The notes beneath the pieces were generated by a model. The model was not told where the DNA came from. It saw only the letters and a list, made by a program, of their open reading frames with translations, and searched no databases. The translations under genes and the position numbers were made by a program. Of a stretch of DNA of 64,000 bases, positions 54,580 through 63,164 are shown piece by piece (within the stretch, counting starts at the first letter, position 1; every line of letters starts with the position of its first letter). Source of the stretch: Candidatus Micrarchaeia archaeon (GTDB lineage Archaea > Micrarchaeota > Micrarchaeia > Micrarchaeales > CABMGC01); assembly GCA_049976845.1 (NCBI GenBank), contig JBMFHL010000001.1, positions 1 through 64,000 on the forward strand, in the 5' to 3' direction.

Positions 54580-56226
54580 TCAGCTAAAGAAATTAACAGT
54601 AGCATTGCCTTTCGACAATGCCGTAACATTATTTGAGGTATAGTTTAGGATGATCTTCAAATTCAAATTGAATGGTAAACCAGAAATTATCTGGTTCATG
54701 CTGTAGCATTTGGCAGTAAGCAATGTATTGCTGCCCAAATTTACAAGGCTATCAATTTTTGTTGGCATGCCCGTACCATCTTCAGAGCACAAAACATTGT
54801 TTATTTTTACTGGGTAAAGTTTCTCATTCCCTAATCGGAATGTGATACTTCCACTAGCAAATGTTACGTTTGCGCATCCAAATCCTGCTATACTGCATTT
54901 GCTTGCAAATCCAGATTCAAAAGCAACAGACTTTCCAGAGAAATTGAGGAGCTTCAGCAGGTTTACATTTAATGGAACAGCTTCCAATACTAGCGATTCA
55001 TTGGTAAGGGCAAAGACGCTTAAATTATAAGGTGGTAAATACTCACTTGTCCTAACAAGGCCTACTGGCATAATCTTTCCATAGGTCTGGAACAGGTATG
55101 TGCTGCAATAGCTCTGGTTGTTTACACTGCTTATTATGCCATAGCACTTATTATCTCCAATATTCTCATTTATGCTTGGTGCAACAAATTCATTCCCATA
55201 TTCAAATATCTTTTCTGCCGAAAAACTTGCCGTTGGGAAGTAGTACGAGTCATAGCTCGCAAGAAGAGTAGAATTAGCCAAATCAAAATCTTCGAATTTA
55301 GAGGATTCTGTTGTAATTGGCATATAATTGCTGTTATTTGCTCCAATTAAGCCAATGCAGGAAGAAGGGCCCTTGTAGGCAACGCTCTTTATCCATCCAT
55401 CTGAGTACCAGCTGCAAAGGCTCACATTTTTTGCCAATTCTGCTACAGTCACATTAGTACCATTTGCTTCATATGTGCTAATGCTTGCATTTGTGCCGTT
55501 CAGTGCTATCTTTACAAGGTCTGGATTTAGGTACCCTCTTATCCACACTGAATATATCGAGCTGCCATTAGTATAATTAGCATAAGCAACATTAATTTGC
55601 CTTATGTATGGGCTTATCATTGTTATAAGCGAAGAGAAGAAAGTATATGGCAAGTTAATGTCTGTATAATCGAAAATCGGCAAAGAGTAATTCATGTTCA
55701 GGTAAAGCGCAACCAAACTTCCTTGCTGGCTCATGTTAATCTCAGTGAGGTATGTCAAGTTTCTTCCAGTTATTGGAGAATATGCCTCAGCAGGCTGCGG
55801 CGCATTCACATAAACATATTTGGTTGCCTGTGCATTGCTTCTATCTACAATGTTGTAGAATTTTGCTGGGTCTGCTATTGCCATAACAGAATAGTTTCCA
55901 GGCTCAGTAGGGGTGAAATTAAAATATATAATTGCTTCTTTGCCTGCAGGCACAGTAATCCGGTAGTTTGTACTTGAATTGTAAGTTAAATTTTCGCTGT
56001 TCTTTACCAAAACTTCAAATCCTATTTCATCTACATTGCTGCTGCCAGTATTGTTTATTATTATCGGCAAATCTACCTGCCTTAGCGGGAAGAGGTTCTG
56101 CAGATTCGAAGTGCCAAAGCTAACATGCAAGTCTATGCCTGGCTGGTAATAATACCTAAAATAAAGTGCTATTAAAACAATGAAAATGAAAAATACTACC
56201 AAAGCATAATCTATCTTTTCCATCAA
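54580..56226 (-). CDS. N-terminally anchored surface glycoprotein (CARDB/Ig-like domain plus Cys-containing C-terminal domain)
   Basis: Single N-terminal TM, I.NTG...F.FTP..PG.Y.V.A.ADP CARDB pattern, and more than 20 N-x-S/T sequons. Confidence 0.75.
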   Translation of the reverse strand: MMEKIDYALVVFFIFIVLIALYFRYYYQPGIDLHVSFGTSNLQNLFPLRQVDLPIIINNTGSSNVDEIGFEVLVKNSENLTYNSSTNYRITVPAGKEAIIYFNFTPTEPGNYSVMAIADPAKFYNIVDRSNAQATKYVYVNAPQPAEAYSPITGRNLTYLTEINMSQQGSLVALYLNMNYSLPIFDYTDINLPYTFFSSLITMISPYIRQINVAYANYTNGSSIYSVWIRGYLNPDLVKIALNGTNASISTYEANGTNVTVAELAKNVSLCSWYSDGWIKSVAYKGPSSCIGLIGANNSNYMPITTESSKFEDFDLANSTLLASYDSYYFPTASFSAEKIFEYGNEFVAPSINENIGDNKCYGIISSVNNQSYCSTYLFQTYGKIMPVGLVRTSEYLPPYNLSVFALTNESLVLEAVPLNVNLLKLLNFSGKSVAFESGFASKCSIAGFGCANVTFASGSITFRLGNEKLYPVKINNVLCSEDGTGMPTKIDSLVNLGSNTLLTAKCYSMNQIISGLPFNLNLKIILNYTSNNVTALSKGNATVNFFS

Positions 56227-56227
56227 A

Positions 56228-56689
56228 TCACGCAGACCTATTCTTTAATTCGTTTATGATCTCCTTTATTTTATTTCTTACCTCTTTATATTCATCTTCG
56301 AATAAATTGTCAGCCCAAGAGGCTATGTCATATTTATCTCCTATGCTTGGTGCCTTGAAATAAAATTTCCCCTGGCTATTATCCAAAAAGCCCATGTTCT
56401 TCATCCTTAACAAATGGTACCTTAAGGTTTTTTCATTCATCTGCTGCCAGTTTGAATTTATATACGAAATAATTTCACCCACATTCGGATCTGTTTTTTT
56501 TACGAATTGATAGTAAACCAATGCATCTAACACTGCCACAGCACTCAATCTGGATTCCCCAGGGTTTATTATTCCAAGCGACAGCGCAAGCCACCTTACC
56601 ATAGAGCGTCTTGTTTCAACTACCTCTTTAGTGAGCCTAAGATTTCGTATAGTTATCTCCCGTTCTATTAGCTCCGCTTCGTTCAGCAT
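56228..56689 (-). CDS. winged-helix domain protein
   Basis: MNEKTLRYHLLRMKNMGFL....G.FY wHTH pattern. Confidence 0.7.
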   Translation of the reverse strand: MLNEAELIEREITIRNLRLTKEVVETRRSMVRWLALSLGIINPGESRLSAVAVLDALVYYQFVKKTDPNVGEIISYINSNWQQMNEKTLRYHLLRMKNMGFLDNSQGKFYFKAPSIGDKYDIASWADNLFEDEYKEVRNKIKEIINELKNRSA

Positions 56690-57045
56690 TAAAAACCCTC
56701 ATTATAAATTAGAGTGTAATTATTAATATATATGTAAAGCAAGCAAACAAATAATAATCTATCAAAAATGCCCTTAGTAATGCATGCATATATAGGCATT
56801 CCTGGGCACGTACTTTGAAAAACCTTCAAGTAGCATATATCATAGAGCGCAGGGCAGATTAAATTGGAACGACTATAAATACTCCAGCAGCGAACTCAAA
56901 GATGTGCTGCTTAATATATAGCAGAAAAAACCCAAAGAATTCCACGTTTCCTTTAATAATAATTACAATACGCTCGAAAATGATCGCAGTATGCTTAAGT
57001 ATGCAAAGAATAAAGATTATTAAAGTATAGTTCAAAAGTAATTTT

Positions 57046-57414
57046 ATGCCAGATTTTAAAGTATCAATAACCAGCACACCAGAAACTATGAAATCTTTTA
57101 GAAGAAATGAGTTAGAGCTAATGCTTTCAGTGACTTCAGAAGAAAACCAGCCCCCTTTTAATTATTGGGTCGAAGCAATAGTGACAGTTCCCCATCTTAC
57201 TTCGTTAGCTCCAGATAGACCACTGGAGAACGGCAAGCTCCTGTTGGGAATAATATCAAACGGATCTGCAAAAGAGAAAAGATTCAAGCTATTTGCAAAC
57301 AACAACATATATCCAGATACCTATAAGATTATGCTTACAATTTTATTCTACGACTCAGAAGGTGCAGTAGCAGAAAGGCAGGATGTAACAAAAGAGATAG
57401 TGTGCAGTGACTAA
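57046..57414 (+). CDS. hypothetical protein (beta-rich)
   Basis: First ORF of a tightly packed run; codon pattern matches neighbours. No family recognised. Confidence 0.7.
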   Translation: MPDFKVSITSTPETMKSFRRNELELMLSVTSEENQPPFNYWVEAIVTVPHLTSLAPDRPLENGKLLLGIISNGSAKEKRFKLFANNNIYPDTYKIMLTILFYDSEGAVAERQDVTKEIVCSD

Positions 57415-57648
57415 ATGCCCAAATACTTCAAAGTCTACGATTCAAATGAAGTCCTCTTCATAACTATAGATGACAGTGGTGCAGTAATAATAAAAGACAA
57501 GGCTGGAAAGAAAATATTCCTCTCTAGATACCAGGCAAAACTAATGAGATTTAGCATAGATAACCTCTTCGGAGACAAATTCAAGAAATCTTCAGATTCT
57601 AACATACACATTGAGGAAATAAGCGAAGAAGATAGCAATAAAAAGTGA
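57415..57648 (+). CDS. hypothetical protein (77 aa, acidic tail)
   Basis: Abuts the upstream stop codon (TAAATG). Confidence 0.7.
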   Translation: MPKYFKVYDSNEVLFITIDDSGAVIIKDKAGKKIFLSRYQAKLMRFSIDNLFGDKFKKSSDSNIHIEEISEEDSNKK

Positions 57649-57673
57649 AATTGCTATATTAATACTGATTTAT

Positions 57674-58042
57674 ATGGAAAATACTCCAAATCAACAGCAA
57701 AATGGTGAAATGCAAGGGCAAGAAATAGAGAAGATCATCAAAGAATATCAGCTCCTCCAAGAACAGCTGAGGGCATTCTCCCTGCAACTAGAGCAGCTGC
57801 AGCTACAAAAGAGCGAGTCTACAACAGCCCAAGCAGAGATAGAGAAAGCAACAGGCAAAATATACATAACAATTGGCGGAGTCATAGTAGAAACAGACAA
57901 ATCAACAGCATTGAAGAATCTAAAAGAGAAAATGGAAACTACAGACCTAAGGTTGCAGACTACAAGCAAACAGTTTAATGAGCTCAAAGCAAGGGAAAAA
58001 TCACTAAGAGAAAAGCTGTCAAAAATGCAGCTACAGCAATGA
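57674..58042 (+). CDS. pfdB: prefoldin beta subunit
   Basis: Coiled coil, IY.TIGGVIVE hairpin, coiled coil. Confidence 0.9.
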   Translation: MENTPNQQQNGEMQGQEIEKIIKEYQLLQEQLRAFSLQLEQLQLQKSESTTAQAEIEKATGKIYITIGGVIVETDKSTALKNLKEKMETTDLRLQTTSKQFNELKAREKSLREKLSKMQLQQ

Positions 58043-59037
58043 GTGATTCATTGACTGGGTTGAATTTTAATGATCTGCAAGAATTCATAAAGGCAAACAG
58101 CCAGAGGAAATTTTTGCTAACATTTCATTCAATAGGGGATAGAGACGGAGTAGGCTCAGCAATCTCACTTTCAATGTATCTTAAAAATTCAATAGTGGGC
58201 ACTCCAGATTTCATAACAAACAATGCAAGAAGGATGCTCGATCAAGTTGGCTATCAAAATAAGATAAATCCTGCATCTACAAAAGGTATAGATATAGTAA
58301 TAGTGCTCGATGCAAATAACTTGGAGGCGCTTGGCAATTTTAAGGAAGAGGTGCAGTCATTCAAAGGCAAAGTAGTGTTTGTTGATCACCATTTGCTTCC
58401 TCCAGTGCAAAATAAAAAGCATCTTATGTTCTCCGATGAGTCCTATAATTCAACAGCGAGCATAATATATGATCTGCTTAAATCCCTAGGTGCAGGTGTA
58501 AATAAAAAAGCAGCAATCCTTCTACTAAATGGAATAATATCAGATTCTGCAGATTTTAGGAATGCAACAGCGTATACCTTCAAACAGGTCAGTGAACTGC
58601 TTGATATAGCAAACATGTCATATTCAGACATATTAGAATATTTTCATGAGAGCATACCTCTTAACAGCAGATACAGCTTAATAAATGATTTATACTCTTC
58701 AAAAGTGGAAATAGTTGGGAAATATCTCTTAATCTATGGAAAAGCGTCAATGCATGCAAACGTTGCGGCAGACATAGCAATGAAGCTTGGCGCAGATGCC
58801 TCATTGTTTTGGTCCGAATCAGAAAAAGAGGTATCAATATCATCTAGGCTAAGGCCCCCTCTCGACAAGAAGCTGCCAATGCATTTAGGTAGGGTTATGC
58901 AAGGGGTGTCTAAAATTCTTGGAGGAAATGGCGGAGGGCATCCTTGTGCAGCAGGTGCATATGGGCCGAAAAAAGAAATGATAGGAAAGGCGGTTGAAGA
59001 AGCTCTGATTTCAATAAAAAAGCAGCTTTCTGCCTAA
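58039..59037 (+). CDS. DHH/DHHA1 phosphoesterase
   Basis: H...D.DG, VLD, VDHH, GIISDS and GGGHP.AAG motifs. Confidence 0.92.
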   Translation: MSDSLTGLNFNDLQEFIKANSQRKFLLTFHSIGDRDGVGSAISLSMYLKNSIVGTPDFITNNARRMLDQVGYQNKINPASTKGIDIVIVLDANNLEALGNFKEEVQSFKGKVVFVDHHLLPPVQNKKHLMFSDESYNSTASIIYDLLKSLGAGVNKKAAILLLNGIISDSADFRNATAYTFKQVSELLDIANMSYSDILEYFHESIPLNSRYSLINDLYSSKVEIVGKYLLIYGKASMHANVAADIAMKLGADASLFWSESEKEVSISSRLRPPLDKKLPMHLGRVMQGVSKILGGNGGGHPCAAGAYGPKKEMIGKAVEEALISIKKQLSA

Positions 59038-59069
59038 AATTTTTATATTATGGTATGCAATAAATAATC

Positions 59070-60275
59070 ATGAAGATTGCAATAGTCTCCGACTTCCATC
59101 TTGGATACGAAAAATTTTTTGAAGATGCATACAACCAAGCATATGAAGCCCTTAAAGAAGCGCGCCAAGAAGCAGACATGATAATAGTACCAGGAGACAT
59201 ATTCGATAACAGATCACCCAAGCCCGAAGTTCTTGCACAAGGCATAAACATATTCAGAAGTATAGGCAATTGGAAATGGGAAGCAAAGATAACCTCTTAC
59301 ATTGGAGAAAGGAAAATATACACTACAATACCAATAATAGCCATACCTGGGACACATGAGCGAAGGTCCGAAAAATCTGAGAATGCGGTGGAACTCCTAA
59401 GCCTTGCAGGCCTGCTTGCAAATGTTAGTGAGGCATGCGCCATAGTTGAAAAAAACGGAGAGAAAGTGGCAGTCTATGGAATAGGCGGCATTTCAGAAGA
59501 GAGATTTGGAGAAACTCTGAAGAAGCTTGATCCAAAGCCTGTAGAAGGAGCATTCAATATATTTGTATTTCACCAGTCCGTATACGAGCTTATGCCTTTT
59601 AGCAAGGATTTTATCAAATTCGAAGAATTACCAAAAGGCTTCGACCTGTATATAGACGGGCATATACATAACAAGGTAGAGGGTAAGGTGCACGGCAAGC
59701 CTTTTCTAATCCCTGGTAGCACTGTGCTCACCCAGCTAAAAGAGAGCGAGCTTGAAAAAAAAGGTTTTTTTGTCTTTGACACAGAAAAACTAAGCTATTC
59801 CTTCCATGAAATAAATTCGCGTGGCTTCCACTTGATAAAAGTAGACGTAACGGGCAGAACTCCAAACGAAATAATAGAAGAAGCAGACAAAAAAATAAAC
59901 AATACGTTAGAGCAGTACAAAGAAAGCGTGCCTATAATAAGGGTCGTACTTTCTGGAAATGCACCTGAGAGTTTCAGGCAGAACGACTTTGATATACGCG
60001 CCTTAATAAAAAAATATGAGAATAAAGTGCTATTGGACATAAGCAAGGACATAGATGATAGTGGCGTTAAATTGGAGATCGATGGGCTCAGGAGCGGATC
60101 TATAGAAAATCTCTCTATAAAGGACTATGGCTTAAGCATATTCTTGGAGAAACTTGCCTCGAAAGGATATAATCTAAGAGTAAAATCTTCTGAGCTCTTC
60201 GACATTCTGAGTTCTGAAAAAAATAAAGAAAAAGTTATTGACAAGGCGATGGAAGAGCTGTTTAGCAAAAAATAG
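59070..60275 (+). CDS. mre11: Mre11/SbcD-family nuclease
   Basis: SDFHLG, GDIFD, PGTHE, FHQ, GHIH, PGS and E...KGF motifs. Confidence 0.88.
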   Translation: MKIAIVSDFHLGYEKFFEDAYNQAYEALKEARQEADMIIVPGDIFDNRSPKPEVLAQGINIFRSIGNWKWEAKITSYIGERKIYTTIPIIAIPGTHERRSEKSENAVELLSLAGLLANVSEACAIVEKNGEKVAVYGIGGISEERFGETLKKLDPKPVEGAFNIFVFHQSVYELMPFSKDFIKFEELPKGFDLYIDGHIHNKVEGKVHGKPFLIPGSTVLTQLKESELEKKGFFVFDTEKLSYSFHEINSRGFHLIKVDVTGRTPNEIIEEADKKINNTLEQYKESVPIIRVVLSGNAPESFRQNDFDIRALIKKYENKVLLDISKDIDDSGVKLEIDGLRSGSIENLSIKDYGLSIFLEKLASKGYNLRVKSSELFDILSSEKNKEKVIDKAMEELFSKK

Positions 60276-60277
60276 GG

Positions 60278-61663
60278 CTATAAGTCTCTGTCTATATACT
60301 CCTTATACTTCAAAAGCTTGGTTAGAGAGGATGTTGCTGCCATAGGCGAATCATATACAGGTAGTCCAGAGCTTTCCATCATAGTCTTGTGCGTTTGCGT
60401 ATAATCAGAACCCGCAGTAATGACTACCATTGGTTTTGAAATCTTCTTCTTGTAGTATATGAGCTTTGAAGCAACAGTCGAATCAGCGCCTGGCGTCTGG
60501 AATAATGCAATTACAATAAGCATATCTACATTAGGGTCATTTGTAACCAAGGACAACGCATTATCATATCTAACCTCATCAGCATCTCCAGCCAGGTCTA
60601 GCGGATTTCTTATGTTTACAAGGCTCGGCAAAACCTTCCTCAAGGCCACTTTAGTGTTCTCGCTGAAATCTGCAAGTTCAAGTCCTTCTAAGTAAACAGA
60701 GTCTGCAGTAAGCACACCAGTACCACCGCCGTTTGTTATTATTGCAACTCTCTTTCCTAGCGGTAGGGGCTCTGTAGAGAAAGCCTTTGCAAAATAAAGG
60801 AGTTCGCTCAGATCCTTAGCAATTATAAACCCAAATTGTCTGAACACTGCTTCATATGCCTGGCTGTTTCCAGCAAGCGAAGCTGTATGCGAATGTGCCG
60901 CAGCAGCACCAGCATCAGTCATCCCTCCTTTTATTATAATGACTGGTTTTACCTTAGTGATTTTTTTTGCAATCTCTATAAACTCCTTTCCCCTCTTCAC
61001 GCCTTCTATGTACATGACTATTACACGGGTCTCCTTATCGTGCAACAAGTATTCTAATATGTCTACTTCATCTACATAAGCCGCATTCCCATATGAAATG
61101 AATTTTGCCAGACCAAAGCCCTCCTTTGCAATCAAATCAAGTACTGTGCTACCGACAGCGCCGCTCTGTGATACGAAGCTAACATTACCGCTTTTAGGTC
61201 TGCTTAGCTTATAAGTAGGCAAGAACAGCGTATCTACCCTAGATGAAGGGTCCATGATACCTAAGCAGTTTGGCCCAAGCATAGCAATATTGTACTTTTT
61301 TGCTATTTCGACAATCTTATCTTGAAGTGCAACCTCTCCTATCTCTGCAAATCCCCCACTTACCACGACAGCAGTTTTGACGCCAGCTTTCCCACACTCC
61401 TCGAGTGCATCTGGTACTGCTGGCGCCGGAATTGAAATAACTGCAAGGTCTATGCTCTTTTTCACTTCTAAAACGCTTTTATAAACCTTCAAGCCAACAA
61501 TAGTCTCTGAACCGGCGTTTCTATTTATTGGATATAGTGCACCAGAATAGCCCGCATCTATATAATTCTGAAGTATTATGTGTCCCACCTTATCAGGGTC
61601 TCTCGATGCTCCTATAATTGCAACACTCTTTGGGTTCATCATAGGCTTAAGGTCCATTCTCAT
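60278..61663 (-). CDS. acdA: acetate-CoA ligase (ADP-forming) alpha subunit
   Basis: PKSVAIIGAS, GPNCLG, SQSGA, SHTASLAG (phospho-His), TNGGG.G and NPLDL.GDA motifs. Confidence 0.95.
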   Translation of the reverse strand: MRMDLKPMMNPKSVAIIGASRDPDKVGHIILQNYIDAGYSGALYPINRNAGSETIVGLKVYKSVLEVKKSIDLAVISIPAPAVPDALEECGKAGVKTAVVVSGGFAEIGEVALQDKIVEIAKKYNIAMLGPNCLGIMDPSSRVDTLFLPTYKLSRPKSGNVSFVSQSGAVGSTVLDLIAKEGFGLAKFISYGNAAYVDEVDILEYLLHDKETRVIVMYIEGVKRGKEFIEIAKKITKVKPVIIIKGGMTDAGAAAAHSHTASLAGNSQAYEAVFRQFGFIIAKDLSELLYFAKAFSTEPLPLGKRVAIITNGGGTGVLTADSVYLEGLELADFSENTKVALRKVLPSLVNIRNPLDLAGDADEVRYDNALSLVTNDPNVDMLIVIALFQTPGADSTVASKLIYYKKKISKPMVVITAGSDYTQTHKTMMESSGLPVYDSPMAATSSLTKLLKYKEYIDRDL

Positions 61664-61671
61664 GCAAACAC

Positions 61672-62289
61672 TTATTTTATTATTCTAATGTCGACAACAT
61701 CATATCCGTCTTCTCTAACAATCACCGGATTCAAATCCAGTTCGCTAATACTATTCTCTTCAATCATCCTTGAAACCTTCATGAGCATGCTTGTAAGCTC
61801 ATTTTCGGCTTTGCCATTATAAGTAACTATATCCTTAGATTTAAGTTGCCTTATCATCTCAACAGCATCATACCTCGTGATTGGACAAACTCTAACAGCA
61901 AAATCCCTGAAAGATTCTACAAATATACCTCCAAGCCCTATAAGAAGCAGTTTTCCAAACTGCTGGTCCTCCCTTCCTCCTATTATTACCTCTATGCCAG
62001 ATCCTGCCATCTTCTGTGCAAGAATCTTATACGGCGCATATGCATGCGCCCTCTTTGACAGCTCGCCAAAAGCCTTGCGTATACTCTCGCTGCCAGAAAT
62101 ATTCAACATAACAAGTCCTGCCTTCGACTTGTGCAATGCCTTTTCAGATATTGCCTTCAGGGCTATTGCACCTCCAACTTTGCTTGAAAATTCAATAGCC
62201 GATTCAGTATCTTTCACATATGCGCTCTCAATGCTACTAATCCCATATCTGTCTAGTAGCTTTTTTGCATTCATATACTCCAAGAGCAT
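61672..62289 (-). CDS. acdB: acetate-CoA ligase (ADP-forming) beta subunit (ATP-grasp)
   Basis: HKS..G.V, EVIIG..D.QFG, GLGGIFVE and ELDLNPV motifs. Confidence 0.92.
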   Translation of the reverse strand: MLLEYMNAKKLLDRYGISSIESAYVKDTESAIEFSSKVGGAIALKAISEKALHKSKAGLVMLNISGSESIRKAFGELSKRAHAYAPYKILAQKMAGSGIEVIIGGREDQQFGKLLLIGLGGIFVESFRDFAVRVCPITRYDAVEMIRQLKSKDIVTYNGKAENELTSMLMKVSRMIEENSISELDLNPVIVREDGYDVVDIRIIK

Positions 62290-62297
62290 GAAAATCC

Positions 62298-62969
62298 CTA
62301 TATTATCCCATATTTGTAGAGGAACAAGGCAATTAATACTATTACTAGAACCAAAATAACAGCCACATTCTTCATCTTGCGCTTCGGCCTAGCTTTTGCG
62401 AGTGCTTCTTTTATTGCCGCCTCTTCGTCTACCTGCAATTTGTTATGATCCTTTGGCTCCTGTTTCTGCTGTGAATTTAAACCTCCAGCAACAACCTGTG
62501 CCTGTGGGGTCGCAGTTGTCTGGATTTTCAAAAATCCTTTCTCAGTAAGCATCATGTCGACGCTGCCATTTTTGAGTTCGTAAGTCATGTACTCCTGCTT
62601 GTACAGTTTGTATAATCTCAATGCCAGATCCTTAGGCCTTAGGTTTAAGGTAGTGCTTAGTTCATTTGGCAGCCTCTTGCCTGCAGAAAGCTGTGTGAGT
62701 ATTGTGCCATCAAGATTGTCAAAGGGCTCGGCACTTCTCGTATTAGCTTCGTTTATAAGATTTTTCCCTGCATCTGTAAGGACCATGCCATTTGGTCCAG
62801 GATAATTTGATGTAAAATCAATTAAGCCTTTTTGCTTAAGAGTTCCTGCTATGTTTGACGCATCGAAGAAACTTGCATTTATGAGACTCCCAAATTTTTC
62901 AAGCACAGTATCAGGCGTAATCTTCAAAATGCAAGCTAAATCCATAAAATTTATTTCGTCGCTTGCCAT
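62298..62969 (-). CDS. tandem winged-helix protein with a C-terminal membrane anchor
   Basis: Two repeats ending L..KGLI...LTDAG and L.KQEYM...LTEKG, a polar linker, a basic patch, then a hydrophobic tail. Confidence 0.7.
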   Translation of the reverse strand: MASDEINFMDLACILKITPDTVLEKFGSLINASFFDASNIAGTLKQKGLIDFTSNYPGPNGMVLTDAGKNLINEANTRSAEPFDNLDGTILTQLSAGKRLPNELSTTLNLRPKDLALRLYKLYKQEYMTYELKNGSVDMMLTEKGFLKIQTTATPQAQVVAGGLNSQQKQEPKDHNKLQVDEEAAIKEALAKARPKRKMKNVAVILVLVIVLIALFLYKYGII

Positions 62970-63164
62970 GCAATCAACATTACAATATATGGATAGGAAA
63001 AGTCTATGAATTTATCACACAACCTATGTGGGTTATGAGAATTCTAACTTCCTAAAAAATCAATGTAAGTGTTTACATATGAAAAAGGCATAAAAAGAAA
63101 GATTTTTAATAGAAAAGCGCAGAATAACATTATTGCATTAGTAGTGCATTGTCAAAGTGTTTTT

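Noticed and set aside
56859..57077. 72-aa hydrophobic minus-strand ORF
   Set aside because: It overlaps the start and promoter of the 57046 gene, and its composition reflects AT-rich spacer sequence.
44641..63034. TATGTGGGTT present in two spacers (44641 and 63025)
   Set aside because: Only two copies, at different distances from the start codons and with different flanking symmetry, which is insufficient to call a regulatory motif.
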